Shown one piece after another: positions 1-9,830 of a DNA stretch of 64,000 nt. The stretch's first letter is position 1. The number at the start of each line of letters is the position of its first letter. A model generated the notes under the pieces. The model did no database searches. It was not told where the DNA came from and saw nothing but the letters and a program-made list of their open reading frames with translations. Position numbers and translations under genes: made by a program. The stretch lies in contig JBGASG010000003.1 of assembly GCA_044229845.1 (NCBI GenBank), forward strand, positions 384,001-448,000, in the 5' to 3' direction. The DNA comes from Candidatus Obscuribacteraceae bacterium. Its GTDB lineage: Bacteria > Cyanobacteriota > Vampirovibrionia > Obscuribacterales > Obscuribacteraceae.

Positions 1-1
1 C

Positions 2-181
2 GACCTGGTAGAAGCCCACAAATGGTTGAGCATTGCCGGCACGGGTGACAGCGAACCCGCGCTGGAGGCGCGTCGCGAGCGAGACCGGGTTGCCAGTCGT
101 ATGACCGCCACGCAATTGACTCAAGCGCAGCGAAACGCGCTTGCCTGGTGGGAACGCCGACACAACGGAAACGGCGCTTAG
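2..181 (+). CDS. C-terminal fragment of a Sel1-like repeat protein (5' truncated by window edge)
   Basis: My translation of frame 2: DLVEAHKWLSIA...RDRVASRMTATQLTQAQRNALAWW, stop TAG 179-181; typical tail of Sel1-repeat proteins. Confidence 0.7.
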   Translation, partial: DLVEAHKWLSIAGTGDSEPALEARRERDRVASRMTATQLTQAQRNALAWWERRHNGNGA

Positions 182-264
182 GCAAGGCAGTTTTCAGTAG
201 GCTATGATCTCATCCCGTAAATGGCGACGGCGACGCTAAATAGAGGTTCGCCAGCGGAGTCAAA

Positions 265-1443
265 ATGCTCACGGATACCAGTTTGAAAGACTCTCCTCTT
301 TCCTTTCAGTTAACTCAAGAACAAAGCGACATTCAAGAGATGGTGCGCGAAATTGCGCAGAAAGAATTCGCTCCCCGCGCGGCGGAAATAGACCAGAAGC
401 ACAAGTTTCCCAGAGAAAACTGGGACCTCATGGCCGCATCAGATCTATGTGGTCTGATCTTCCCGGAGGAATACGGCGGCGTCGGGCTCGACCACACCTG
501 TTATTCCATTGCTGTGGAAGAAATTGCCAAAGCCTGTGCCACCACTTCGGTGATGTATTCAGCGCACGTTTCTCTCACAGCTGCACCCATTTATAAATGG
601 GGCAACGAAGAGCAGCGCCAGCGCCTTCTGACACCCATGTGTCGGGGTGAAAAAATGGGCGCGTTCTGCCTTTCAGAGCCGGGCTCCGGTTCCGACTCGG
701 CGGCGGCTAAGTGCATGGCGGTGCGCAAGGGCGACAACTTCATCGTCAATGGTGTCAAAAACTGGATCACCAACGGCATCGAAGCCGACTACTATCTGGT
801 GATCGCTCAGACCGACACAGCCCTCAAACACAAAGGTCTTGTGGCACTGATCATCGAAAAAGACTCGCCCGGATTCACATTCGGCAAGCTCGAAGACAAG
901 CTGGGCATCAAGGGATCATCAACCACTCAGGTGATCTATGAAGATACGCCGGTGCCGGTCGAGAACATGCTCGGACAAGTAGGCGACGGCTTCAAAGTAG
1001 CGATGAGCACCCTCGATGGTGGCAGAATCGGCATTGCGTCACAGGCGGTCGGCATCGCGCAAGGCGCGTGGGATCATGCATTTAAGTACGCAAAAGAGCG
1101 CGAAGCGTTCGGCAAGACAATCAATAAACTGCAAGCCATTCAGTTCATGCTGACGGAAATGCAGACCGAAATAGACACGGCGCGCCTGCTCACCTACGAC
1201 GCCTGTGTTGCGCAAGATCGCGGCGAAAAATTCACCAAGCAGGCTGCGATTGCCAAGCTATACGCCGCGGAAGTAGCGATGCGCTCCACCGTAAAGTGCG
1301 TGCAAATCTTCGGCGGATACGGGTATGTAACTGATTATCCGGTAGAGCGCTACATGCGTGACGCCAAAATTACCGAGATCTACGAAGGGACTTCGGAAAT
1401 CCAACGGTTAGTGATAGCGAGCAATCTGTTAAAGGGGCAATAG
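265..1443 (+). CDS. Acyl-CoA dehydrogenase (short-chain/butyryl-CoA type)
   Basis: CLSEPGSGSD, GVKNWITN, FGGYGY and IYEGTSEIQ motifs; GGAG RBS upstream. Confidence 0.93.
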   Translation: MLTDTSLKDSPLSFQLTQEQSDIQEMVREIAQKEFAPRAAEIDQKHKFPRENWDLMAASDLCGLIFPEEYGGVGLDHTCYSIAVEEIAKACATTSVMYSAHVSLTAAPIYKWGNEEQRQRLLTPMCRGEKMGAFCLSEPGSGSDSAAAKCMAVRKGDNFIVNGVKNWITNGIEADYYLVIAQTDTALKHKGLVALIIEKDSPGFTFGKLEDKLGIKGSSTTQVIYEDTPVPVENMLGQVGDGFKVAMSTLDGGRIGIASQAVGIAQGAWDHAFKYAKEREAFGKTINKLQAIQFMLTEMQTEIDTARLLTYDACVAQDRGEKFTKQAAIAKLYAAEVAMRSTVKCVQIFGGYGYVTDYPVERYMRDAKITEIYEGTSEIQRLVIASNLLKGQ

Positions 1444-1446
1444 ACT

Positions 1447-2142
1447 ATGTCGTATCAGCAGCCACCACCGCCGCCACCCGGCTATGGTCAGCAACCATCA
1501 GCACAAGCAACTGCGGAACCCAAACCGCAAACCCTGTACACGCTTTTGCAAGTGGACCCGTCCGCCCACCCGACGATTATCCGCTACGCTTATCGGTACC
1601 TGGCAGGCATCTATCACCCGGATAACGCCGACACCGGAAATGCGGAAGCTTTTCGCGTGATTCAGGAAGCGTGGAAAACGCTTTCGGATACAGGAAAACG
1701 CATGGCGTATGACGCGCAGATCGGTTTGTCGGCGCAGCAGCAAGACGCGCAAGCAGCTCTAGAAAAGGCCGCCGGCGTCAAGTCTAGTGCTCCGCGATTC
1801 ACGTTCGACCGCAATGCCAACGCGCTTTCTTACAACGAAGTTGAGTTGCGCCTGGCGATTCTGCAATTGCTGCTCGATGCCCGCAAAAAACGCGTACAGA
1901 CCGGCGGTATGTCGGCGAAAGCGCTCATGGATGTGCTGAACATCGATATTCACGAGATGGAGTACTCACTCTGGTATTTGCGCGAAAAACATCTGGTTAT
2001 CCGCGAAGAAGCTCAGTTCATGATCTCCGTCCAGGGCGTCGACTATCTGGTCGATTCGCTCACCAAGTCACAAATCGTCGACCAAACAACGAAAACGCCA
2101 CTCACCAGCGCCGGCGTCCAGTTGCCTGCGAAGATTCAGTAA
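1447..2142 (+). CDS. J-domain protein with poly-Pro N-terminus and probable C-terminal winged-helix-like region
   Basis: LYTLLQV...YRYLAGIYHPD...AWKTLSD..KRMAYD J-domain; C-terminal helical region ending YLREKHLV...ISVQGVDY. Confidence 0.8.
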   Translation: MSYQQPPPPPPGYGQQPSAQATAEPKPQTLYTLLQVDPSAHPTIIRYAYRYLAGIYHPDNADTGNAEAFRVIQEAWKTLSDTGKRMAYDAQIGLSAQQQDAQAALEKAAGVKSSAPRFTFDRNANALSYNEVELRLAILQLLLDARKKRVQTGGMSAKALMDVLNIDIHEMEYSLWYLREKHLVIREEAQFMISVQGVDYLVDSLTKSQIVDQTTKTPLTSAGVQLPAKIQ

Positions 2143-2178
2143 TAGTCTTCCGGACTTCAGTTCACAACGATCATCAAA

Positions 2179-2213
2179 GAGAACGGGATGCAAAAAATAT
2201 GCATCCCGTTCTC
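2179..2213. terminator. Perfect 14-bp inverted repeat between convergent genes, probable bidirectional terminator
   Basis: GAGAACGGGATGCA-AAAAATA-TGCATCCCGTTCTC; no clear U-tract on either side. Confidence 0.65.
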
Positions 2214-2236
2214 GCGTTGACTTTAAATTTGGTGTG

Positions 2237-3427
2237 CTATTTGATCAACTTGATTGGCTTGACCATGGCAATCTTATTCTGCAGTGTGGAAACAGCTACT
2301 TTCATTTGCTGGTCCTGGTCGTCGACCGCAACATCGGGCGTGATGCCAATTTTGTTGATGTCGATGCCGGCTGGCGTGTAGTAGTGGGCGACGGTGATGT
2401 GGACGCCGCTGCCGCCGGGCAGGCGGCTGACTTCTTGCACCAGTCCTTTTCCGAACGTGCGCGTGCCGATCAACGTGGCGCGGCCGTTATCCTTGAGTGC
2501 TCCGGCCAGAATTTCGCTGGCGCTGGCGCTGTCTTTGTCCACCAGCAAGACGATCGGCTGACGGCACATCGCGGCACCGTCAGCGGTGTCGGTAATGGCG
2601 CCACGGCGGCTGACCGTGCTGACAATTTTGCCTTGCGGCAGAAGCATGTCGGCGATTTCGATGGCATTGGCGAGCAGCCCGCCCGGATTGCCGCGCAAGT
2701 CGATGATCAGTCCATCGGCGGTGCTCAATTTGTTGAGTGCATTTCTGAACTCATAAGCGGCGTCGTCAGCCATAAAGGTCTGCAAGTTGATGTAGCCGAT
2801 GTTGTTATTCATGAGCTTGGACGTAACCGAGGGGATGGTTATCTGTTCGCGGCCGATGACCATTTGTTTGGTGGCACTGGCATGGCTGACATTCAACGAA
2901 ACTTTGGATCCGACCGGTCCGCGAATTTTCTTAGCAGCCTGTTCCGGTGTGAAACCCAAACAGGGCTGTCCGTCGATGGCCACGATTTTGTCGCCGCCGA
3001 TCAAACCAGCACGAGCAGCCGGACTGGTGGGAATGACTTGGTTGATTACCAGACCTTCTTTCGAATCGTTTGGCTTGATGCTGATGCCGATGCCGACAAC
3101 CTTGGAGTTGATGGCGTTGTCTTCGTCTTTGAAGGCCTGAGGATCCAGAAATCGAGAATATGGATCCTTCAGACTTTTGAGCATGGTATCGATCGCTTTG
3201 TGAGCGTCTTCAATACTGCTGAGCTTCCCGTCATAGCGATGGCGCCACTGTTCGAAGTCTTGTCCACCGTAACCCGTGTCGACATACGTGTCGCGGACCA
3301 GCTGCCAGGCATGGTCGTAAACTTCTTGAGCGCTAAATCCGGGGCGACTCTGCGCTGAGGATCCCCATGAGGACATAGCAATGATGAGGGCTGCAACAAA
3401 AGCCCCCATGCGTTTAGTTTTTTGCAT
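2237..3427 (-). CDS. ctpA: S41 C-terminal processing protease (signal peptide, PDZ domain)
   Basis: DPYSRFL, PDZ GIGI, DLRGNPGG, SASASEI, GTRTFGKG; start moved to ATG of MQKTKR, which begins a signal peptide. Confidence 0.92.
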   Translation of the reverse strand: MQKTKRMGAFVAALIIAMSSWGSSAQSRPGFSAQEVYDHAWQLVRDTYVDTGYGGQDFEQWRHRYDGKLSSIEDAHKAIDTMLKSLKDPYSRFLDPQAFKDEDNAINSKVVGIGISIKPNDSKEGLVINQVIPTSPAARAGLIGGDKIVAIDGQPCLGFTPEQAAKKIRGPVGSKVSLNVSHASATKQMVIGREQITIPSVTSKLMNNNIGYINLQTFMADDAAYEFRNALNKLSTADGLIIDLRGNPGGLLANAIEIADMLLPQGKIVSTVSRRGAITDTADGAAMCRQPIVLLVDKDSASASEILAGALKDNGRATLIGTRTFGKGLVQEVSRLPGGSGVHITVAHYYTPAGIDINKIGITPDVAVDDQDQQMKVAVSTLQNKIAMVKPIKLIK

Positions 3428-3627
3428 GTAGCTGGTTTCTCGGTGGTGTGTGGCGCTGTGAAACGCCTTGCCCAAGGGGTGAAACAAGACGTCTCTAACT
3501 AAACTTAGTTATGCCATAACATCCTTGTTTCTACTAATTAGGCTTGGCTATTGTGTAGAAGTTTTGCAAAAACAATACCGTATAACCCGGTATTCATCAG
3601 GGTTTTCCTAGCTCAGCAATAACAAGA

Positions 3628-5217
3628 TCAGGGCGACTTTTTCGCAGGGGCTGCGGTTGAATCCGCTCCGCTCGCTTCGTGCTGTTGTTTCTCGTCCGGC
3701 TTCACATCGCCATTTGCACGCAGGAAAATAGTGGCGGTATCATCGGCGTATGCCTTAGTCCAATGCGGATCGTCAGACAACAGGAAGGTGAGCGGGATAC
3801 TGCTGGGAATCATGATGTACTCGAATTTGTACTTATCGATGATCTTCCGCCACTCAGGATAAGTGAGATAAAGAGCGGCGTAATCGTTTACCACCTCAGG
3901 CGGGTAGAAGTCCGTTTTGTCATCGAGAAAAATCTTGTCGGTCGTCTCCAGGTTGACGTATCCGCCCCAGTTGTCGCGCGTAAAGCCGAGTCCATGAATG
4001 TTTTTCTGTTCCAGAAACGCCACGGCGCCGACCGGCAAAGAGAACTTGTCGAAGCTTGGCAGCTTGAAGCTCGGCAGTATCAAAAACGCCACAGCCGCAG
4101 CCAGTCCAATCGCACCACCACTGATAGACAGAAACCGACCAAACTTCAAATCATTGTCGAAATCTGCGTCGGTGCGCAACAGGTTTTTGACCGGTGCCCA
4201 TAAATTAGAGTCCGCCAGTTGTGCACGTAAAGCCGGCCAGCAATAGGCGGCGGCGGGCACCGCCAGGAGCGCAAAGTAAGGAATGATGCGCATGGCGTAC
4301 AGCCCGCCGAATCCCAGAGTCAGCACGAAAAGAAACTCGCTCAGACGCGGCTTACGCGGGGAGAAGGTCCAGACCGTGATTAAGATCGCAAAGAGTACGA
4401 GAAACGTCCAGACGGCGAATCCCAGTGAGAAATCCAATGAACGCCATTCGTCGCTCTGATTGCGAATCGAGGGATGAAAAAAGTAATTCACCACATACGA
4501 TACCAGCCCCAATCCCCGCACCGTAAAGAACGATCCAACAGCCGCGGCCAGCAACAGAAGTCCTGCTTGCTTGACGCCGGTTTCTTTCACATCAGCCTTG
4601 AGAGCACGTTTTATGCCGGCTTCGATCAGCAAATAGATGAGCATCAACAATCCGAGTATGGTGCTGCCGTGCACGTTCGACCAGAGCACGAACAAAACGA
4701 AGCAATTGAAAGCGCGCCGCTTGATCGAAGTCTCCGAGACATAGACCAGCCAGTAGAGCCAGGCAAGCATGACATAGCTGAACAGATGTGCGCGAGCCGA
4801 CCAGTGCAACGAACAGGCGGCCAGCGCCAACAAAGTAGTCACGGAGCCGAACAGCAAACCGGCACCGCGCCTGGACGCTGCCGACACCACAACATAGAAG
4901 GCTAATCCGATGGAGACGGCGCCCAGCACCACCACGCCGTTCAGTCCGCCCCACTGGTAGGCTGCCGCCAGCAATATGTCGCCTACAAGTTCATGCGTTG
5001 TCCACGGCGCATCCGGATTTAGCGCCCACACATAGTTGGTGGTCGGGATTTTGAGATGACCGAACATGTAATTGCCGGTGGCGATGTGCCTGGCAGTGGC
5101 ACCGTCTCCGAGCATCAGGTAGGGTCTCATAAAAAACAAAAACAAGAGGCACAGAAGCGCGAAAAAGGCAGCCAGTCCTTTGTGGTGTACTTTTGCGCCC
5201 GCCACTTCTTCAGCCAT
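3628..5217 (-). CDS. Polytopic membrane protein, probable GT-C-fold glycosyltransferase-like family
   Basis: About 11-12 hydrophobic segments; LGDGATARHIATG, WTTHE, LWSNVHG, SDEW, WGGY and FLDDKTDFY motifs. Confidence 0.55.
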   Translation of the reverse strand: MAEEVAGAKVHHKGLAAFFALLCLLFLFFMRPYLMLGDGATARHIATGNYMFGHLKIPTTNYVWALNPDAPWTTHELVGDILLAAAYQWGGLNGVVVLGAVSIGLAFYVVVSAASRRGAGLLFGSVTTLLALAACSLHWSARAHLFSYVMLAWLYWLVYVSETSIKRRAFNCFVLFVLWSNVHGSTILGLLMLIYLLIEAGIKRALKADVKETGVKQAGLLLLAAAVGSFFTVRGLGLVSYVVNYFFHPSIRNQSDEWRSLDFSLGFAVWTFLVLFAILITVWTFSPRKPRLSEFLFVLTLGFGGLYAMRIIPYFALLAVPAAAYCWPALRAQLADSNLWAPVKNLLRTDADFDNDLKFGRFLSISGGAIGLAAAVAFLILPSFKLPSFDKFSLPVGAVAFLEQKNIHGLGFTRDNWGGYVNLETTDKIFLDDKTDFYPPEVVNDYAALYLTYPEWRKIIDKYKFEYIMIPSSIPLTFLLSDDPHWTKAYADDTATIFLRANGDVKPDEKQQHEASGADSTAAPAKKSP

Positions 5218-5298
5218 CCCACAATAATACAGGCAGCGCCCGAAGTTTGCGCTGCCTGTATACGATTAGGAGATTTGGCGACTCCTAGTAGTAACTTT

Positions 5299-5550
5299 CT
5301 AGTGGACTCGTACGTGCATGGCGACGATTATGCCGGTCCAGATCATCGCCAGAGGCAGGAACAGGGCAAGGGTCAAGGTCAGGTTTTTGAGCAGCGAATT
5401 GCAAGCGTTTTTCGCTTGTTCAAGCTTGTAAGCCCCTTCCACGCGGGCTGTCCAGACTTGAGCTTCGAGGTCCTTCGCGGTGCGCTGGCAGGCCCGGGAA
5501 ATATTCAGGGACAGGGAGACGCTTTGAAGGGTGGAAGTCAGAGCCGTCAT
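5299..5550 (-). CDS. Small hypothetical protein with C-terminal TM helix
   Basis: 83-aa ORF, ATG start with AGGTG upstream, fills the gap, hydrophobic C-terminus. Confidence 0.55.
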   Translation of the reverse strand: MTALTSTLQSVSLSLNISRACQRTAKDLEAQVWTARVEGAYKLEQAKNACNSLLKNLTLTLALFLPLAMIWTGIIVAMHVRVH

Positions 5551-5654
5551 TCAGTTCACCTATACCAACCTTGATGCAGCTGAGCATAGATAGAAATTCT
5601 TGAAAAGTTGTGTAAGGGTCGTGGAATTTTCGTGAAATCCGGCGGCGGAAAACG

Positions 5655-6419
5655 CTAAGTCAGACGCTTTTCTTCGACCGTAATCACTGTCCCAGCTTCG
5701 GTTTCCCCCACTGGAGCGGAGCTCAATCCCAAATTAAATGACAATCGGTGCCAGGAAGTAGGTCCGAACAGATCAAGAGCCTGATAGTGAGCACGAGACT
5801 GGTAACCTTTGTTCGATTCCCAAAAGTAATAGGGGTGACGTTCAGCTAGTCCGCGCATCAAATCGTCGCGGTAGACCTTGGCGATAATGGAAGCGGCGGC
5901 GATCGAGGCGGAACGGCTGTCGCCGCCAATGACTGTGGTCTGCCGCATGCGCAGATTAGGGACTTGCTTGTTGCCGTCAACAAGCAGCACCGCCCCTGGT
6001 ATCGGTCCCAGCTTCATCACCGCCCGTTTCATCGCCAGCAAACTGGCCTGCAAAATATTGATCTCATCGATTTCTTCGGGCGTCGCTTCCGCGATGGCAT
6101 ACCGGCAGCATTCCATCAGGATCGCCGACATCCGCTCTCGTTCCGGCGGGGGCACCAATTTGGAGTCGTTGAGCAGCGCCAGCTGTTTCTCCAGAGCAGA
6201 CCTCGGAGCGATTCGTGGCAGCACCACCGCGCACGCGACTACGGGACCCGCGAGGCAGCCACGCCCCACTTCATCTGTACCGATGATTGTCAGCGCCGGA
6301 TTTGCCTGATCGGCGCCGGTGAGTTGTTGCCCATCGAAAGCTAAGAGCTTTCGAACATGGCGCAATGAAACTCCGGCTTTCTTAGCCGGTTTCTTCTCTT
6401 TGACAGTAGCTGGTGTCAC
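5655..6419 (-). CDS. rnhB: Ribonuclease HII
   Basis: GTDEVGRGCLAGPVVA, LNDSK, VDGN, SIAAASIIAKV.RD, NKGY; 4-bp overlap with rbgA. Confidence 0.95.
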   Translation of the reverse strand: MTPATVKEKKPAKKAGVSLRHVRKLLAFDGQQLTGADQANPALTIIGTDEVGRGCLAGPVVACAVVLPRIAPRSALEKQLALLNDSKLVPPPERERMSAILMECCRYAIAEATPEEIDEINILQASLLAMKRAVMKLGPIPGAVLLVDGNKQVPNLRMRQTTVIGGDSRSASIAAASIIAKVYRDDLMRGLAERHPYYFWESNKGYQSRAHYQALDLFGPTSWHRLSFNLGLSSAPVGETEAGTVITVEEKRLT

Positions 6420-7246
6420 TTGCGAATTTCGTCCAAAACGAAGGGCCCGAGCTTGCCGGACCTCAATTCATTCAGGAATACCGCGCCGGCTCTGCGAGTG
6501 TCGAGTCTTCCGCCTGAACTGAGGAACGACCTCATCTTAGCGAGATTCTCCAGTGTCGGCTCGGTTTCAGCAAGGTCCAGTCCGTAACGTTTCAGCATGT
6601 CGCGTCGCGTTGAAGCTATATGCACAAGAGCCCATTCCGATATCTCTTCGAGATCGTACCGATCATCCGGAAGCAGATTACAGACGGCCAATTTGTTAGC
6701 CACATCCGGATCAAAATTGACCGGAGGCAAAAGTCCGGGCGTGTCTAAAAGTTCGATTTGGGGATGGATGCGCACCCACTGGGTTCCTTTAGTAATTCCA
6801 GGTTTGTCGCCTGTTTTGGCCCGTTTGGTGCCGATCAGCCAGTTGATCAAACTCGATTTGCCGACATTCGGCAGCCCGACCACAGTCGCGCGCATCGGTC
6901 GAGGCAACAGACCTTTTGCCTCCCAGGCCGCTCGACGTTCTTTGGTGAGCTTCAGGGCTTCGTCGAATAATCGCTTTTGTCCCTTGTTTTGCTTCAGCGA
7001 AACAGCCAGGGCGGTGACGCCATCAGTAGACAACTGGCGAAGAAACTGTTTGAGTGCGTACGGCTCAGCCAGATCCTCTTTGGACAGAACAATCAGCCTC
7101 GGCTTGTTGCCGAAGATTTGACCAGCCGCCGGATGCCGGCTTGAGTCGGGAATGCGGGCATCGCGGACCTCCAGAAGCAAGTCGACCACCTGCAACTGCT
7201 CTTTCAGGATGGTGAAAGGCGTGCGGCGTGCTGGCTTTTGAGGCAC
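6416..7246 (-). CDS. rbgA: Ribosome biogenesis GTPase RbgA/YlqF
   Basis: Circularly permuted GTPase: DARIP, K.DL, GLPNVGKSS, GITK, DTPG; rplS-ylqF-rnhB context. Confidence 0.93.
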   Translation of the reverse strand: MPQKPARRTPFTILKEQLQVVDLLLEVRDARIPDSSRHPAAGQIFGNKPRLIVLSKEDLAEPYALKQFLRQLSTDGVTALAVSLKQNKGQKRLFDEALKLTKERRAAWEAKGLLPRPMRATVVGLPNVGKSSLINWLIGTKRAKTGDKPGITKGTQWVRIHPQIELLDTPGLLPPVNFDPDVANKLAVCNLLPDDRYDLEEISEWALVHIASTRRDMLKRYGLDLAETEPTLENLAKMRSFLSSGGRLDTRRAGAVFLNELRSGKLGPFVLDEIRK

Positions 7247-7254
7247 TGGTCAGC

Positions 7255-7713
7255 CTAGGAAACGGGTTGCTCGGCCGGCTCGGGAGCTTCTTGCTGCTGT
7301 TCGACAGCTTGAGTCGGCTCTTTGGCGGCTGCTGCAGGAGCGTTAGCTTGCTGCAAGTCTTTCCGGGCGCCGACTTTCTCTTTGATACGAGTGGCTTTGC
7401 CGGTGCGCTTGCGCAGGTAATACAGCTTGGCGCGACGTACATCACCACGGCGGAGAACAGTGATTTTCTCAACACGGGGCGAGTGAATCAAGAAGACACG
7501 CTCGATGCCGATGCCCTGGAAAACTCTGCGCACTGTCAGCGTTTCGTTGACGCCTGAGCCGCGGCGCTTGATGATTACGCCTTCGTACCCTTGAGTACGC
7601 TCTTTGCCGCCCTCGCGAATCTTGACGAACACTTTGACGGTGTCGCCGACATTGAGCTGAGGGACGTTGCTCTTGATGTAAGAGGCTTCTATGTCTCTGA
7701 TGATCTGGTTCAT
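7255..7713 (-). CDS. rplS: 50S ribosomal protein L19 with acidic Ala/Gln/Pro C-terminal tail
   Basis: GDTVKV...[27 protein letters not shown]. Confidence 0.97.
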   Translation of the reverse strand: MNQIIRDIEASYIKSNVPQLNVGDTVKVFVKIREGGKERTQGYEGVIIKRRGSGVNETLTVRRVFQGIGIERVFLIHSPRVEKITVLRRGDVRRAKLYYLRKRTGKATRIKEKVGARKDLQQANAPAAAAKEPTQAVEQQQEAPEPAEQPVS

Positions 7714-7750
7714 GGCTCTAAAAACTTAGGTGTAAGAAAGGCAGCCGACA

Positions 7751-7759
7751 ATTCTAGCA
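7751..7759 (-). promoter_or_regulatory. Putative extended -10 promoter for rplS
   Basis: TGCTAGAAT on the minus strand, 37 bp upstream of the ATG. Confidence 0.5.
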
Positions 7760-7929
7760 TTTCGCCACGCGGCCTAAGCCAGTTTAACCCCCAAAGAGAC
7801 GCCCCTGCCATATTCGCCAAACATATCTTAATTTGCTCAGGCTTAAGAAAGGCTCATACAGCGAGCCTCTCACGGACCTCCAGGTTCACCCTTGCAGCCC
7901 GAAAGCCGCTGCCAGGGAGCCGGGAGGTA

Positions 7930-8445
7930 TCAGAGCGAACTGACCGGCGGAGCAGCCGTAAGGGAGATCGCCGGCACCGAGCTGCCGGCTGAAGGCGATG
8001 TCAAAGACTCCAGCCCGTCCAGGGCGGAGACAAAGTCGGAAACGGATTGGAAGGCGCGATAAACGGAAGCAAATCGCACATACGCAACCTGATTCAGTCC
8101 TTTCAAGCGGGACAGAGTCAGTTCTCCAATCATGCTGGAAGAAATTTCTCGACGACCGTTCAGCTCCACTTCCAGATCATCGACTAATTCATCGACCTGA
8201 TTGGCGGTGACTGAGGTTTTGGCACAAGCTCTAGCAACACCGGCACGCAATTTTTCGCGCGTGTAAGGTTCGCGATTTCCGGAAGATTTGACCACCAGTA
8301 GTTGCATCGCCTCGATGCGTTCGTATGTGGTGAACCGCTTCTGGCAAACCTCACATTCGCGACGACGACGAATTGAAGAATTTTCCGAGGTCAATCGGGA
8401 TTCAAGAACGCGGCTGTCTCTGTTGTTGCAGAAGGGACAATTCAT
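7930..8445 (-). CDS. nrdR: Transcriptional repressor NrdR
   Basis: MNCPFC, RRRREC..C.KRFTTYE, ATP cone, VAYVRFASVY. Confidence 0.97.
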   Translation of the reverse strand: MNCPFCNNRDSRVLESRLTSENSSIRRRRECEVCQKRFTTYERIEAMQLLVVKSSGNREPYTREKLRAGVARACAKTSVTANQVDELVDDLEVELNGRREISSSMIGELTLSRLKGLNQVAYVRFASVYRAFQSVSDFVSALDGLESLTSPSAGSSVPAISLTAAPPVSSL

Positions 8446-8511
8446 ATTGAGGCCGATCATACATGACACTACTTGCAGTTGCAAATGCTTCGGCCGATCG
8501 ATTTGATATAC

Positions 8512-8527
8512 ACACCATATGCGGTGA
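8512..8527. promoter_or_regulatory. Possible NrdR box upstream of nrdR
   Basis: ACACCATATGCGGTGA matches the consensus acaCwAtATaTwGtgt at 11 of 16 positions. Confidence 0.35.
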
Positions 8528-8663
8528 TTAGATCGGCGATCTTCAGCAGAGATCCAGTTGGTGTCAAATATGGTGCCAATTGATCAAAATGCTCCCTGAT
8601 TCGGCACTGGTTTGGAAAACAGCTCCGGTTTGGGTAAAAGATGATAGTTGCCGCCGCTGCCGT

Positions 8664-9830
8664 ATGAAACCATTCGAGAGCAAAACCCAGCAAACCAGCA
8701 GCCTCAAAGAAGGTGAGGCTGGGGAAGCCGCGCCATCGCTGCCGGCCGAAGCCCAATCGTCGCAGCAGCCGCAGCCCACAGGTGGTGCCGCAAAAACGAG
8801 CGGCACCGGCAGCCCGCAGCGCCCCGCGCCGGCTTACTTTTCCTGGCAGATCTTGTTGTGCGCGCTGGCTATAGCCATGGTTTTCATGGTCGCTATCAGC
8901 ACGAGAGACATGGCGCCTGCATTCACAATCGGCGATTCCTTCCACGACTTACCTAAGAGCGATGAGGGGCTGGTGGCGCTGGCACTGCGCATGCAGCTGG
9001 CACGCGCCGAATTGCAGCACAATAACGCCGCCGTCCAGGTGTCCTTAAGGTTGTTAGCGGATTTCTCTCTGCACCAGGGAAACGACCAGAATGCTGCAAA
9101 GTATTTGCAGCGCCTCCTGGACTCGCCGCCGCTCCCGCTCGAAGATCAACGCATGTACGCAGCACCAATGCTGATGCAGATTTATTTCGATCACGGACAG
9201 TTCAAAGAGGCCAAAAAAGTCTTTGAAAACAATCGAAAAAGCTTTTTCAAATTCCGCCCACAAATGCGCATCTATGAGCTGGCATCGCGTATCTACCAAA
9301 AACTGGGAGAGGACGAAAACCGGCAAGCGGTGGAGAACGTGATGAAAGGAATTCGCCTGAATGAAAGCGGACTGATGCCCAGCAATCCCAACAGTCCCGA
9401 TCCGATTCCATCAATGTATTACTCGGCGCAATCATGCATGGCGCAGGGAGAGTATGCTCAAGCACGCAAGCTTTTGCAGATACTAAGTGACGAAAATCTG
9501 GTGGCAGCGCATCCGGAGATGCCATTGCGAGTGCAATTGATGCTGCCGGTGGTGACAGGTCTGCAAGGTGACTATGAAAAGGCCGCTGAAGAATTTGCCA
9601 CTTCAGTGAAAATTTGGAACCAGGCGAAAGCATGGAATTCCTTATCGATGAGCGAATCCTACGCCTATTTGAACACATACGCCGACGTGCTTCGCCATAC
9701 CGGACGAGAAGAGCGAGCCGACGCCGTGCAGCGTCAAGCGGATGCATTGGAGAAACAAATGCAAGCAAGGCTGCCAGATATGCTTGTTGGTCCGATTCGC
9801 TGGTGGAACACCAAAAAGGAATCACCTTGA
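8664..9830 (+). CDS. Single-TM TPR-like protein, paralog 1
   Basis: Disordered N-terminus, TM (WQILLCALAIAMVFMVAI), TPR-like helices, LMLPVV motif; ATG of MKPFES chosen as start. Confidence 0.75.
   Translation: MKPFESKTQQTSSLKEGEAGEAAPSLPAEAQSSQQPQPTGGAAKTSGTGSPQRPAPAYFSWQILLCALAIAMVFMVAISTRDMAPAFTIGDSFHDLPKSDEGLVALALRMQLARAELQHNNAAVQVSLRLLADFSLHQGNDQNAAKYLQRLLDSPPLPLEDQRMYAAPMLMQIYFDHGQFKEAKKVFENNRKSFFKFRPQMRIYELASRIYQKLGEDENRQAVENVMKGIRLNESGLMPSNPNSPDPIPSMYYSAQSCMAQGEYAQARKLLQILSDENLVAAHPEMPLRVQLMLPVVTGLQGDYEKAAEEFATSVKIWNQAKAWNSLSMSESYAYLNTYADVLRHTGREERADAVQRQADALEKQMQARLPDMLVGPIRWWNTKKESP

Noticed and set aside
2234..3358. 374-aa plus-strand ORF
   Set aside because: Codon-aligned antisense shadow of ctpA with no motifs
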